From the NCBI RefSeq assembly GCF_000143415.4, contig NW_003314269.1, forward strand, positions 3,031,060 through 3,095,059: a DNA stretch of 64,000 bases, given 5' to 3'. Each line of letters opens with the position of its first letter. Within the stretch, counting starts at the first letter, position 1. Origin of the DNA: Selaginella moellendorffii (lineage: Eukaryota; Plantae; Lycopodiophyta). Position numbers and translations under genes: made by a program. Shown in pieces: positions 22,666-34,240 of this stretch. The notes below the pieces were generated by a model that saw nothing but the letters and a program-made list of their open reading frames with translations, did not search any database and had not been told where the DNA came from.

Positions 22666-24975
22666 ATGGCGCGCAGCCATATCGCTTGGATGATCCAGCG
22701 CCTTCTTGTCGAGGGGGAGCGTTGCAGTCACAGGTTTAGGGTTGAGCTCCTCGAGCAATGTCAGCGGCACGGGGCGCTGGCGGAGGGGCGGCGGGCGCAT
22801 TGGATCATGGCGCATGGCGGCGCGCTGGCGGAGGGGCGGCGGGCGCATTGGATCATGGCGCATGGCGGCGCGCTCGATCCCGTCCTCGTCAATCACCTCA
22901 TCGCGATGTATGGCGGCTGCGGCAGCATTTCCAGCGCGCGCCAGGTCTTCGAGGATATGGAGGTGAGGAATCTCTTCTCCTGGACGGCGATCGTCGCGGC
23001 GTATGCCCAGCGGGGGCATCACGGCACCGCACTGCAGCTCCTGAGGCGAATGCTGGGCGAGAATGTGAGGCCCGACGGCGTAATCTTTGTGGTTCTCCTC
23101 GGGTCTTGCGGCGGCCCCGAGGCTCTTGGCACGGGAAAGATCATCGGGGAATGCATCGTCCGAGAAGGATTCTTGGAGCGGGATGTTGTTGTGGGAAACG
23201 CGCTGCTCAGCATGTATGAGCGGTGTGGTGATACCGGCCAGGCAGTGAGGATGTTTCATGCGTTGCCGCTCAAGAACACGGTCAGCTGGACGTCGATCAT
23301 TAGAGCAGTGGCAAAGAACGATGGAGCCAGAGCGCTGGAGCTCTTCCACGCAATGCTGGTAGAAGGTATCAAAGTTGACAAGGTTACATTCACCACTGTT
23401 CTAACGGCGTGTAGTGATCTTGGCAGCTCGAGAACATCGTGGGGATTGAAGCACGCCACCTGGATTCATGGCTTGATCGTAGAAGCGGGCCTGGTAATGG
23501 ACGAGATCGTCGGTGCCACACTCACCAACTTGTATGGCCGTTGTGGCGAGCTTGAGGTAGCTCGTAAGTTATTGCTAGAGTTTTTAAACCATCACTCGAC
23601 TAATGCTTTTCACTGGACAGGAGCTATCGAGGCGTTTTCGCAGCGAGGTAGAAATAGAGAAGCAGCGGCTCTTTTCTGGAGAATGCAGCTGGAAGGTGTC
23701 AAGTGCGACGAGATATCGCTCGTTGCCTTCATTAACGCATGCTGGGATTTAAAGTCGTTGAAGCTGGCACACGAGCTCTTGAAAGAGGCTGGTATGGAGT
23801 TTGTCAATACTAAATCGGCCAACGTTCTTATAGTTCTGTATTCCAGATGCAACTGCTTGCAAGAAGCCAGGAGGATTTTCGACAGCATGGTGATCCGGGA
23901 TATCGTTTCCTGGAACAGCATCATCTCGGCGTATGTTCTACGCGACGAAACGAAAGAGGCGGTGGAGCTCTTTAGACAGATGGACTTGGCACCGAACGCA
24001 GTCACGTTTTCGGTTGTTTTGGATGCCTGTGGTGTGCTGGGGGACTACAAAACGGGCCGGGAGATTCACGAACAGATCATCAACACAGGCGTTAAGATTC
24101 AAGACGAGCCGGAGATTGGTACCTCACTAGTTAACTTTTATGGACAATGCGGGGAGCTTGGCCAAGCCACACAGGTCTTTAGAGCTCTGAGCTCTCGTCG
24201 GGAACCGCTTTTGTGGAAGACACTTGCTGGACAGTACGCTCAGAATGGCCATGTCGACAAGTCACTCAAGCTATTCTGCGAAATGCAACTGGAAGGTGTC
24301 AGGCCGAGCAAAGCTGCTGTTATCATTGCCATCGACTCATCCCGAAGTCCGAGCCAGGGCAGGAAAATTCATGTGCTGGTTGCAGAGAGGAAGCTCGATC
24401 ATTACGACGTTGGTGTTGGGAATTCACTCATTAACATGTACGCCAAGTTTGGGGACTTGGATGAAGCTGCTCTGGTGTTTCGGCTCATGGAAAAACAGGA
24501 CGTGGTCTCGTGGAACTCGCTACTGGGATGTTTTGCTCAGGCCAGTGGTGGAGATTCGTGCTTCGCGCTGTTCCGGCTCATGCAGCTCCAAGGCCAGGTA
24601 CCAAACTCGGTCACTTTCATTAACGTGCTAAGCTCTTGCAGCCACAGGGGGCTTCTCCAACAGGCTCAAGCTCTCTTCTCGTCCATGGAACAAGACTTTG
24701 GAGTTTCTCCGACTGTCCAGCACTTCGGATGCGTGGTTGATCTCCTGGGACGTAAAGGCCGGCTCGACGAAGCCGAAGAGCTGGCGAGCGAGATGCCGGT
24801 GGCGCCGAGTGTGGTGCTGTGGACGGCGTTCCTGGGGGCGTGCACGAATCACGAAGATGTGAAGCGTGCCGAGCGAGCTGCCGATAAAGTTTTGACAATG
24901 GACGATGAGTGTCACTCGGGCTCCGCTCTAGCAATGCTCTCCAACGTCCGGTCACGCAGTTTTAACGTCAAGTAA
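22666..24975 (+). CDS. PLS-class pentatricopeptide repeat protein with E domain (organellar RNA-editing factor type), intronless
   Basis: P-L-S triplets (NLFSWTAIVAAYAQRG, GNALLSMYERCG, DVVSWNSLLGCFAQ); C-terminal HFGCVVDLLGRKGRLDEAEEL...MPVAPSVVLWTAFLGAC...LSN; no DYW domain. First ATG at 22666. Confidence 0.93.
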   Translation: MARSHIAWMIQRLLVEGERCSHRFRVELLEQCQRHGALAEGRRAHWIMAHGGALAEGRRAHWIMAHGGALDPVLVNHLIAMYGGCGSISSARQVFEDMEVRNLFSWTAIVAAYAQRGHHGTALQLLRRMLGENVRPDGVIFVVLLGSCGGPEALGTGKIIGECIVREGFLERDVVVGNALLSMYERCGDTGQAVRMFHALPLKNTVSWTSIIRAVAKNDGARALELFHAMLVEGIKVDKVTFTTVLTACSDLGSSRTSWGLKHATWIHGLIVEAGLVMDEIVGATLTNLYGRCGELEVARKLLLEFLNHHSTNAFHWTGAIEAFSQRGRNREAAALFWRMQLEGVKCDEISLVAFINACWDLKSLKLAHELLKEAGMEFVNTKSANVLIVLYSRCNCLQEARRIFDSMVIRDIVSWNSIISAYVLRDETKEAVELFRQMDLAPNAVTFSVVLDACGVLGDYKTGREIHEQIINTGVKIQDEPEIGTSLVNFYGQCGELGQATQVFRALSSRREPLLWKTLAGQYAQNGHVDKSLKLFCEMQLEGVRPSKAAVIIAIDSSRSPSQGRKIHVLVAERKLDHYDVGVGNSLINMYAKFGDLDEAALVFRLMEKQDVVSWNSLLGCFAQASGGDSCFALFRLMQLQGQVPNSVTFINVLSSCSHRGLLQQAQALFSSMEQDFGVSPTVQHFGCVVDLLGRKGRLDEAEELASEMPVAPSVVLWTAFLGACTNHEDVKRAERAADKVLTMDDECHSGSALAMLSNVRSRSFNVK
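22774..22874 (+). repeat. Perfect in-frame 48-bp tandem duplication inside the PPR gene (ALAEGRRAHWIMAHGG x2)
   Basis: Copies start at 22774 and 22822. Confidence 0.95.
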
Positions 24976-25175
24976 AAGCTCGTTTCAGTAACTCCAGGTA
25001 TGTTTCAAAAACTTTCGAAAGCTTTATCTCATTATTTTCTTTTTTTTTCCTTCCTGTGCCGATCAGACTATATTCGAGCAATGGAGATAATGCAGAACGG
25101 TATCAAGCTATCATCATTGGTGGAATCGAAGGGGAGATAAAGAGGTTGCTTGGTGAGAAAGAAGCAAGGAGAGAA

Positions 25176-25319
25176 ATGGGAAACGATGCTTCCTTCAGTC
25201 GTCGGGGCTCTACTTCCTCGTCTCCAAAGAGGGGAGATGTCAAGAAGGCAATTCGGAAAGACGTCACCCACGCCGTGGCTTCCCTTCTCAAGGGATCCTG
25301 CACTTCATCACCAAGGTAA
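25176..25319 (+). CDS. Small basic plant peptide (47 aa) with PKRGxxKxxI motif
   Basis: MGNDASFSRRGSTSSSPKRGDVKKAIRKDVTHAVASLLKGSCTSSPR*; resembles, from memory, uncharacterised plant small proteins with P(K/R)RG(Q)IKxxI followed by an amphipathic helix. Confidence 0.5.
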   Translation: MGNDASFSRRGSTSSSPKRGDVKKAIRKDVTHAVASLLKGSCTSSPR

Positions 25320-25605
25320 AAAGGCAGACATATTTCTCTGCTAACTCTTTTTATCTGATTTCGAGCTCCAGTTCTAGGTAGCGATGACAGTCAGACTTGA
25401 TACCCAACTAACTATCAAGGCTTTGTATAACTTGTTTGATGTCCCGCTTGATCTTGTTATAGATCTTTCAGTTTAACTTCCGGTTTGGTTCTTTCTCTCT
25501 GACTTCGAATGATGGTTCCAGATCTTCCAGTTATCTATCAAAGAATGGCGGTCACAGGTATGACCTCTCCAAAACTTTTGTCGGTTCTAAAAACTTTCCC
25601 GCTTG

Positions 25606-27951
25606 CTACTTTGCAGAAGCGAAGCCCAGTGATGGCTCTCGCAGCGCGTTCGCTACGAGAACATACGCAGTGGGCTCTTTCACTCGCTCCAGGATCCTCT
25701 CGGCCCGCTTGACGTCGCCGTGCATCTTACACGCTGCCAGCAGCGTGATCCACGCCACCTCGTCCGCCAGAAACGGCATCGTCTCGACGAGCTCCTCGGC
25801 GTCTCCCAGATGCTTGGAGCGGCCGAGAACATTGATCATGCAGTGGAAGTGGACGAGCGTGGGTGGCACGAAGAAGCCGTCCTGCATGGCCGTAAAGCAC
25901 TCGACGCCCTCGCGGAGCCTCCCGGCATGGCCGAAAGCCGCGAGAAGACCCACGAAGGTGATGTCGCTGGGCTGGAAGCCGTGAAGAACCATCTGCCGGA
26001 AGAGATCCAGCGCCGCGGCGTAAGCGCCAGTGTTTGCGTAGGCGAGGATCATCGCGCTCCAAGCTACGAAGTCCTGCGAGGCCATCCCGGCGAAGATCTC
26101 CCGCGCGAGCGCCAGATGCCCCCTCTGGGCATACGCCACTATCAAGATCGTCCACGACACGGCGTTTGGGTTGCCCATCTTGTGGAGGAGCTTGCGGAGC
26201 TTCGCGAGATCGCCATGAACAGCGCAGGCTTGCAAGACGGTATTCCAAGAGAATGCGTCGGGCGAGGGGATGGACGCGAAGACCTCTAGCGCCTCCGGCA
26301 AATGCCCGGCCTCGGCGTACGCTTGGATCATCGCTGTGTCGGACTTGGTGTCGTGCTCGGGCATTGCCGCAAAGAGATCCCGCGCGGCGTCGATCCGTCC
26401 CGCCAGCGCCAGCGACTGGATCATCCCCGTCCACCCGGCGAGGTTGTGGCACGGCGATCGCGCGAAGACCTCCATCGCCGAGCTCGCGTCCAGCGCGCTG
26501 GATTGGAGCAGCGCCGCCCAGGAGATCGCGCTGCGTTGCGGCATGGAATCGAAGAGCTCCTTCGCGCGCGAATGCTCACCGCCCTGGGCCAGCGCGAGGA
26601 GCAAGCTCGTCGTGGCGGGAACGCTCCACTGGGGCATTCTGCCGTACACGAGCTCGGCTGTACGGGGCGGGCATTTGTGGCCAGTGGCCACCAGCAGCGA
26701 GGTCCAAGAGGAGGCGTTCCTTTGCGGCATTGCGTGGAATATCCCCCGCACCTCGTCAAGATGCCGCGCGTGGGCATATGCCGCTAGCATGCAGTTCCAG
26801 CCCACGAGATTCCTCGCGGGCATGAGATCGAATCCCGACCGCACCTTCTCGACGGCGCTGGAGTTATCCACGTGTCCCTGGAGCAGCGCGTTCCACGCCA
26901 CCACCCCCTTGTGCTCCATGGCGTGGAAGGTAGATTCCGCCTCGCGCATTTGCCCGTTGTCGGCATATCCCGAGATCGTGGCCGTCCAGGCGAATGGGCT
27001 CTTCTGCGGCATCGCCTGGAACATTCCGAGCGCGCCGGCCAGGTGGCCATTCCGGGAATATGCCTGTGCTATGGCCGTCCAGGACACCACGTCTTGCTCG
27101 GGCATCAGATCGAATGCTCGCCTGGCTTGGTCTACAAAGCCCTTCTCGCCGTGGGCAACAATTAGGGCGTTCCAGGAGATCACATCGCGCTCGGGCATCT
27201 CCCGGAAGTGGTCTAGCGCTCGATCAAGATGCCCTAATTGGGCATAGCCCGCGAGGAGCGTGTTCCAGGTGTAGATGTTGCGAAAAGGCACGCGATTAAA
27301 GAAAATCTGTGTCGATTCGATGTCGCCGGCGTCGGCAAAGACCTGGATGATCGTTGTCCAGGTCACAATGTCGCGATCAGCCATGGAATTGAAGAAACTC
27401 CAGCATTCCTCCAGATGCCCTAGCTGGGCATAGCTGGTGATCAAGAGGTTCCACGTCACGGCCGTCTTGGCGGGCATGGTTTCGAATAGATGCCGCGCAT
27501 CTACCAGATTCCCATCTAGGGCATACGCTTTGATCAGGGCATTCCAGGGCACCGCGTTCCTCATCGGCATTCGATCGAAAATCGCTAGCGCCTTGCGCAT
27601 CTCTCCGATGATCGCATGGCCGTTCAAGATCGCGCTCCACGACACGATATTTCGCTGCGGCACTCGATCGAATGCGTCGTGCGCCTCGCGGAGATGCCCG
27701 TGGCTCGCCAGCGCCGCCAGGAACGTGTTCCAGGAGTAAGAATCCGGATCGCGCAGGGACAGGAATGTGGATCTGGCGTCGTCGACGCTGCCGCACTTGG
27801 AATACATGTCGATCAGGGCCGTGAAGACGCTCTGGCCGCAGGTTCCCTCGCGGAGAATGCGCTCGTGGAGCTGCCGGCATCGAGAGAGGTCTCTGGAGCG
27901 AGCGCAGGATTTTATGAGCTCGATGAGCTCGCAGGAAGAGGGAAATCCCAT
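25606..27951 (-). CDS. PLS-class PPR protein rich in 31-aa SS-type motifs, truncated E domain, intronless, GC-rich
   Basis: 781-aa ORF with repeated (R/H)xxxSW(N/T)AxxxxYAxxGxxxxAxxxFxxMP units; ends HFHCMINVLGRSKHLGDAEELVETMPFLADEVAWITLLAACKMHGD...AYVLVAN; no DYW. Confidence 0.95.
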   Translation of the reverse strand: MGFPSSCELIELIKSCARSRDLSRCRQLHERILREGTCGQSVFTALIDMYSKCGSVDDARSTFLSLRDPDSYSWNTFLAALASHGHLREAHDAFDRVPQRNIVSWSAILNGHAIIGEMRKALAIFDRMPMRNAVPWNALIKAYALDGNLVDARHLFETMPAKTAVTWNLLITSYAQLGHLEECWSFFNSMADRDIVTWTTIIQVFADAGDIESTQIFFNRVPFRNIYTWNTLLAGYAQLGHLDRALDHFREMPERDVISWNALIVAHGEKGFVDQARRAFDLMPEQDVVSWTAIAQAYSRNGHLAGALGMFQAMPQKSPFAWTATISGYADNGQMREAESTFHAMEHKGVVAWNALLQGHVDNSSAVEKVRSGFDLMPARNLVGWNCMLAAYAHARHLDEVRGIFHAMPQRNASSWTSLLVATGHKCPPRTAELVYGRMPQWSVPATTSLLLALAQGGEHSRAKELFDSMPQRSAISWAALLQSSALDASSAMEVFARSPCHNLAGWTGMIQSLALAGRIDAARDLFAAMPEHDTKSDTAMIQAYAEAGHLPEALEVFASIPSPDAFSWNTVLQACAVHGDLAKLRKLLHKMGNPNAVSWTILIVAYAQRGHLALAREIFAGMASQDFVAWSAMILAYANTGAYAAALDLFRQMVLHGFQPSDITFVGLLAAFGHAGRLREGVECFTAMQDGFFVPPTLVHFHCMINVLGRSKHLGDAEELVETMPFLADEVAWITLLAACKMHGDVKRAERILERVKEPTAYVLVANALREPSLGFASAK

Positions 27952-28722
27952 TCTCCATGCGAAAAACAGGTAGAGACGATCGCATTAATATGGTTCTTGG
28001 AAGAACAGCAGGTCTCGGGTTCGATTCCTTCTAGCGCGTGGAGAGGAAGTATCTTTTAAGAGACAGGATAAGAGTTCTTTCTTTTCCGCTAGCGATGGTC
28101 AAGAAGAGGCGCTACATGAGCGAAGGCGGCGCATATGGAAGATTTTCGTCCCGGATTTTGGATTCCAAGAAGCTAGTTCTTGGATCTTTGGGAGAGAATT
28201 CGCCTCTCTCGGCGGCAGCCGATCTCATTGGTTAGATTTTCTGGAAATTGGAGCTGTGGTCAAGAGATACATTTGTGGAGATCTTCCTGGTACGTACCTT
28301 GCATTTGCATCGATCGAAAACGCTAGATAGATCACTTGCTTCTTTTTCATGGTTTTCTTGCGTTCTATAGGGTGAATTTTCTTGGAATTCGAGTAGTACT
28401 TTCGGTTTTCTATGCTGATTCTAATCACTCTCTCCATTTATGCGTGAAGGGTCCCTCCCCCCAGGCTAGCGTGGTCCCCGCGCGGCGCTCTGATCGAAAG
28501 GACGCTCGAATTTTTCTCTCTACCATCTAGACAAATGCTGTCGGTGAGGCTATTGGAATTCAACGCTGGAAGGTGGGCAATTGCTGCGAGTGATTGCTTT
28601 AGCTCGCTCTTTTGCTCTGTTTTCTAGCTTGTCTCATCGGTTCCTTTGACTTTTTGCTGCAGCGGAGTTTTCCGGTATTTGGCTACTAAACAGGGAAATC
28701 CATAGCAAGAAAACACTCGCAA

Positions 28723-30008
28723 ATGGGCTGTGCGAATTCTAAGGAAGTAGCGACGGCTAGATCGCCCAAGAGGCTAGGACACTCTCGGTCTTGGAAGAAG
28801 CGCCTGCTCATTCCAATTGTGGAGGTTTTCCTCCATAGCAGGAACCACAGAGCCAAGCACGCTCCTGAGCCGCTGCCAATCGCAGAGAAAGTCAGAGCTC
28901 GCCAGGAGGAGAAAGAAGATGGTTTTGAGGCGATGGAGGCAGTCGAGGTGATTGACGTGGTGGCACTCATGGAGGGGCTGGAAGAGCAAGACGAGAAAGC
29001 AGCGTGTGTGACAATGCCGGAGGCGAGGAGTGACGGGCAGGCAACGCCAGAGTCGTGGACTGACCAGGACGAGATCTCCTCTCTCTGCGAGGCATCATCA
29101 CCGGAGTCTAGCCGGAATCACTGTGGAAGTCCGAAGAGCCCCCGGAGTCCACTGGTGTTTGGAGGACCGCATTCGCATTCACAGCGCAGTCTCATGAAGG
29201 GATTGACAAGGTGTGGGGACAACACGCCAGACATCGTGGTGGCCAGGAATTTTTCCTTCAACCTCCGGTCGTGCGTTGATCAGGCCTCCACGCCGAAAGT
29301 CATCCTCGACTCCACCTCTCCACTTTTGTGCAACGACGGATCTCGTGACTTCAAGCACAGGTTAGCCATCCAATGCGTGACTTCTTCCACCAGAGACAAC
29401 GCCGCAAACGATGACAGTGATCTTCTCTCCACATTCGAGTCCATGATGGAGCAAATTCGCAACGACCACTGGATCTCGGAGGTCTCGAGCTCGACGATCG
29501 AAGAACCTCCCAGGGACAGGCTCACGCTCCAGCTCAAACCACAGGAATGCTGCACCACCACAGCGATTCATGGCATTGCATTCGACAGCAAAGACGTCGC
29601 CTCGGAGCCGGAGTTGGGCGATGGCTACAGTCGAGTTCCAGCGCTGTTCGTCGATGGAAGGTACGTCCCCACCCCCACGATCTCGAAACTATATAAGTTT
29701 GGATCCATCACCGTCAGGGAATTAATCCACCGCCGTCCTCGTTTGTTCCCTTTCTCAGGTACATTGGTGGCGTGGAGCGGCTAAACGAATTGAAAAGCAA
29801 GTGCCAACTTCGCAAGCTCTTGCATGATCCAAGCGGCGGAGATTTGTGGAGAGACACCGCCATGGCTTGCAAGGGGTGTGGAGGAGCGAGCTTGGTGCCA
29901 TGCCTGGATTGCAATGGGAGCCGCCGGTTTATAGCGGACAATGGGCTGCCGGAGGGCTGTACGGAGTGTACGGTGAATGGAATGGTACGGTGCCCGCTGT
30001 GTAGTTAG
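28723..30008 (+). CDS. Glutaredoxin-like protein, 4CxxC class, N-terminal MGC acylation motif; 2 coding exons (28723-29660, 29759-30008)
   Basis: MGCANSK start; EVIDVVALMEGLEE motif; RVPALFVDGR|YIGGVERL across a GT-AG intron; C-terminal CKGCGGASLVPCLDCNGSRR...CTECTVNGMVRCPLCS*. The first half of the GRX fold is diverged. Confidence 0.85.
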
Positions 30009-30095
30009 CTGGCGATCGGAAAAGGTGGCGGACTGGTATAAAAGAGCCCCAAAGAGGTGAAAGGACAAACCCTATCACACCGATTATAGTGGGCG

Positions 30096-30482
30096 ATGTC
30101 TGAAATCTGTTGCTTGTTGGGTGGCGCGTGGTTTGCGGGTTGGAGCTGCTGGTTGTGCTTCAAAGATGGAGATTGCAGCTTTGGTGACGCGGAGTATGGC
30201 ACTGGAGCTTCCACCAGGGATGGCGAGGCCGAGAAGGAATTTGAGAATGGCATGGATTCGGTGGTACTTCCCCTGGAGCTCTACAGCGTGAGGGAGCGAG
30301 GGAGAGAGGAGTGCCCGATTTGCCTTGGGGCGTTTGGCGACGGGCAAGAGGTGACTGTGTTGCCCAAGTGCAAGCACTTCTACCATCGCGACTGTCTCTC
30401 GTCGTGGCTCTTCAGGCAACCCACTTGCCCGCTTTGCCGCTGTAGCGTCCGACACGGGCCAACCGAACTTAAAAGGCTCTAG
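30096..30482 (+). CDS. RING-H2 (ATL-like) E3 ubiquitin ligase, copy 1
   Basis: 128 aa; [43 protein letters not shown]; hydrophobic Cys-rich N-terminus; TATAAAAG at about 30037. Confidence 0.9.
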   Translation: MSEICCLLGGAWFAGWSCWLCFKDGDCSFGDAEYGTGASTRDGEAEKEFENGMDSVVLPLELYSVRERGREECPICLGAFGDGQEVTVLPKCKHFYHRDCLSSWLFRQPTCPLCRCSVRHGPTELKRL

Positions 30483-30485
30483 AAT

Positions 30486-33400
30486 TGTTTAGAGGATCTC
30501 TTGGAATAGAAGAAATGTGAATTGCTCTTCATTAAACAGCTATGCGTCCTACCGAGAAAGATTGTTATGCAAATGTCACCAAAACAAAAACAATACCATC
30601 GTTTAGGTTTACTACTTCACCACAGTAGGTGAGCGATGTTGATAACAGTGGCACTATCCACGGATGTGGTGGCCTCGTCCAGTACCAAAACAGGGGCTTG
30701 TTTTCGCATAGGCAAAACAATTGTCTCTGTCCCATGCTCCAGTTCTCACCATTTTCAGACATAAGGAAGAAAACTTTTACACATTTATTGCTTGTCAAGC
30801 TTTTCTTCCTTGGCACGCACGAGGTCTCCGAGTCATTTATCCAAGGGTGCACTTAGCACCTACAAGAATAACTAGTTTTAACTGATCTAGCTGATGATGC
30901 CTTCGAACAGCGCTAGATCTTGTGGAATGATGCTGAGCTTGGATCGGAGATTGTCCACGCGGTCAATCACGCTCTTTCCACTGGCTGGCTCGGAATATCT
31001 GAATGCTATATCACATAGAAACGTTTTTGTTGTTAAATTTCCAAAGCCATTATAAAGTTTTAGAAATTCCTACCTTAAGCTCCCAGCTCAGCGCAGGTCA
31101 GCTTTCCGGCCGATTAGAAGCAAACAGAAACCAAAGACAATGTTGGTGGTGGAGTTCTAGCCTCATAGAAGCCCACTCCATGGCTGCAGTCGAGTAGAGA
31201 TAGACTCAAGCAGACGTGTTGATCCTGTGCTTGAAACGCTCTTCCTGGCAAAAGCCTCGTACTGTCCAATAGATTCCGCAAAGTGGTGAATCCTTCTGGA
31301 TGCCTTAAAGCCTGGAAAGCTCCCTGCCTGACGATATGTAATATCTCTGCAAATAAATACAACCTCATTAGGACAGAGGTGTTGATTGAAAACGAGATTT
31401 ACCCGTAGCAAGATACAGCAAACAAACACAGGAGCAAAAACGATTAAGACTCCAAACTGCTTGAGACATAACTCCCACAATGTAGAAAAGCTATACTCCT
31501 GAGAACGCAAGGCCCCCAAGCCTGTAAGGCACATTTAAGTCGAGAGCACTTTGGTCTGTAGAAGCCTGAAAAGTAAAAGCGCTGCACAAGCTGGTTTAAA
31601 AACTTCAAAACGTAAGTTAAAAACGTACCCGGCTGAGAATTCTACCAGTAGGAGTCGAATAAAAAAACCACATCCGCAAATGAAAAATGCAGTGCAATAT
31701 GTCAAAGAAGACCTTCTGAGATGTTGCTGATGTAGCACCCTGAGAAGCACGAACAGTGATGCTCCAAACGGAATTCACTGGAATTCACCGGACTCACAGC
31801 GATGCTCCAAGCAAAAAATCCTCCGTATCCGATGATCAACCGAATAGGATCAAACTGTGGAGATACAGCCGTCGCTGAGCCATTCACCAGTCTGACGCAA
31901 TTTGAAAGATTTGAAACAGCAGCATACTCACCAATATACGCCCTTGTAAACTGCCGTGCAGTAGTTCCAGTAAACTTGCAAACCAAAACTACATTTCTCA
32001 CGTTCTTCTTTTTGTACCAGTTCTTCCTTTGGTGGCTGGTTCAACTTCTGCACTTCTTTTTTTCTTCATTATTGCACCATAGCCTTGTTGTGTGCTCCTC
32101 CTTGTAGAGATTGGCACTCAAGAACAAGAGGTTTAGCCTCTTCAACCTTCACTGAGTCAGCTTTCGCTAGTGAGTTTTAGCTCGTCAACGTAAATAAAGC
32201 ATACCAAAATGAGGTCACTTGATGCGTCACTAAAATGTCAGTCTTTGCATTAAGAATGAATTTGAAGAACACACTCCTGCGTATATGAGTGAGATCACAC
32301 AGCTAAACAGACATGCTTACCCTGAATATTTGAGTACCAGTTTCCACGTCCACAGCACCAAAAGGATCGTGAAGTAGGTAGATATCACCATCCTGATACA
32401 GTGCACGAACAAGTTGCATCCTTTGCTTCTGGCCGCCACTCAAGTTGACGCCCCTCTCACCTATTTCTGTCTGATCTCCGAATGGAAGAATTTCCAGATC
32501 TCTTTTGAGTTGACACATCTCCAGCACACGATAGTATTTACTTCTGTTCATAGGCGAGCCAAAACAAACACTATTCTCGATCATTGTACCCAACAGTCTG
32601 GCCCACGTACGATGTTCTTCCAGTTACCTGGACCTGTAAAAGCAGATGTAAGGAAAGAAAGAGAGAATGGTAAAATGCGTACCATGCCAGAACAAGAGCA
32701 AGCTCGATTTACCGGAACCAACCATTCCGCAAACCGAAACTGTCGTCCCTTCTAGACATCCACTCACTGATGTCTGCTGCTTCCACCAGAATTACTGTAG
32801 GATCTTGGTCATTTGTCCGAGAAACAGCATCCGCCTGAAGCTCTGGCTCGTGAAGAAACTTACTCAGCCGATCCAGCGAAACTCTTGTTCGAGACAGAGT
32901 TGAAATACAGTCAGGTAGAGCTGTGAGCGCCTCCTGTAAAACTCTAAAGGTGGCCAGCGCTGAAAGAACTTTCCCAGTGATCAGAGGTATTTTTACACAA
33001 GTACCAAAAGTGACCACTGGGATTTGTCCAGAAGAGGAAAATTATAGCTGCCTGCGTCAAGAACGGTTTCTTCAACCAGCCATCTCAAGGCTTCCAGTTT
33101 CTGCAGGTAGGCCTTCTCCCAAGCTTGCACCTTGAGAATCCTCATGCTCTTTAAGCACTCCGTTGTAGGTCGCAATCGGGCGTCCTTGGCCTCCATGATC
33201 TTGTCCTTGTACTTGTCTCGCAAGGAGGTAAACGGAGTGTTGATAGCCACCGAAGCCAGCGTCGCAACCACGTTAGCTATCGCAGCAACCCCGACTTTCT
33301 GGTATAGAATAAGAAGTGCCAACGCCACCTGAAGCAGTAAAATCCAGATGTCGTGCATATACAAGAAGTCGAGAACCCTCTGGATATCCACTGCCATATG

Positions 33401-33542
33401 GTTGACAATCTCTCCGCTGGTGTATTTCTGCTGCGACAAGTTAGAAAGTCGCAAGCCTTTCCTATATACGTAATTTGTGAGCGTCGCGCGGGCCTTTATC
33501 GCTTACTAGTCGGCCGGGACTTTGTAGACAAGAAGAAACTCA
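30486..33542 (-). pseudogene. ABCC transporter pseudogene copy A (inverted relative to the intact gene)
   Basis: Fragments [37 protein letters not shown] and QKYTSGEIVNHMAVDIQR colinear with 46888-51780; frameshifts, deletions, introns retained. Confidence 0.92.
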
Positions 33543-34160
33543 ACGAATCTCGTGACTTCAAGCACAGGTTGGCCATCCAATGCGTGACTACTTCTTCCAC
33601 GAGAGACAACGCCGCAAACGATGACTGTGATCTCCTCTCCACTTTCGTGTCCATGATGGAGCAAACCCGCAACGACCACTGGATCTCGGAGGTCTCGAGC
33701 TCGACGATGAAAGAACCTCCCAGGAACAGGCTCACGCTCCCGTTCAAACCACACGACGAGGAATGCAGCACCACCACAGCGATCCACGGCATTGCGTTCG
33801 AGAGCAAAGGAGTGCTACAGTCGACTTCCAGCGCTGTTCATCGATCGAAGGTACCCCACGATCTCGAAACTATATAAGTTTCGATCCATCACAGTCAGGG
33901 AATTAATCCATCGCCGTCCTCGTTTGTTCTCTTCCTCAGGTACATTCGTGGCGTGGAGCGGCTAAACGAAAAAACAAGGGCCAGCTTCGCAAGCTCTTGC
34001 ATGATAAGCAGTGGAGATTTGCGGACAGACACCGCCATGGCTTGCAAGGGGTGTGGAGGAGCGAGCTTGGTGCCATGCCTGGATTGCAATGGGAACGACA
34101 ATGGGCTGTACGGAGTGTACGGTGAATGGCAAACGGTGCCCGCTGTGCACTTAGCTGGCG
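33543..34160 (+). pseudogene. 5'-truncated duplicate of the glutaredoxin-like gene
   Basis: Matches about 29336-30008 (SRDFKHRLAIQCV...ACKGCGGASLVPCLDCNG) with indels. Confidence 0.9.
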
Positions 34161-34240
34161 ATCGGAAAAGGTGGTGGACTGGTATAAAAGAGCCCCAAAG
34201 AACTGAAAGGAAAAACCTATCACACAGACTATAGTGGGCG

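Noticed and set aside
25670-27739. Many overlapping antisense and alternate-frame ORFs in the PPR genes
   Set aside because: Shadow ORFs expected from GC-rich coding sequence.
28095-28235. 46-aa uORF in the presumed glutaredoxin leader
   Set aside because: The transcript start is unknown and there is no conserved motif; it cannot be supported from sequence alone.
28723-29784. Unspliced 353-aa ORF as the full glutaredoxin-like protein
   Set aside because: It reads through intron 29661-29758; the spliced form restores the YIGG motif and the CxxC domain.
30084-30455. 123-aa antisense ORF present in all four RING copies
   Set aside because: GTG start, no recognisable motif; its conservation follows from the sense RING ORF.
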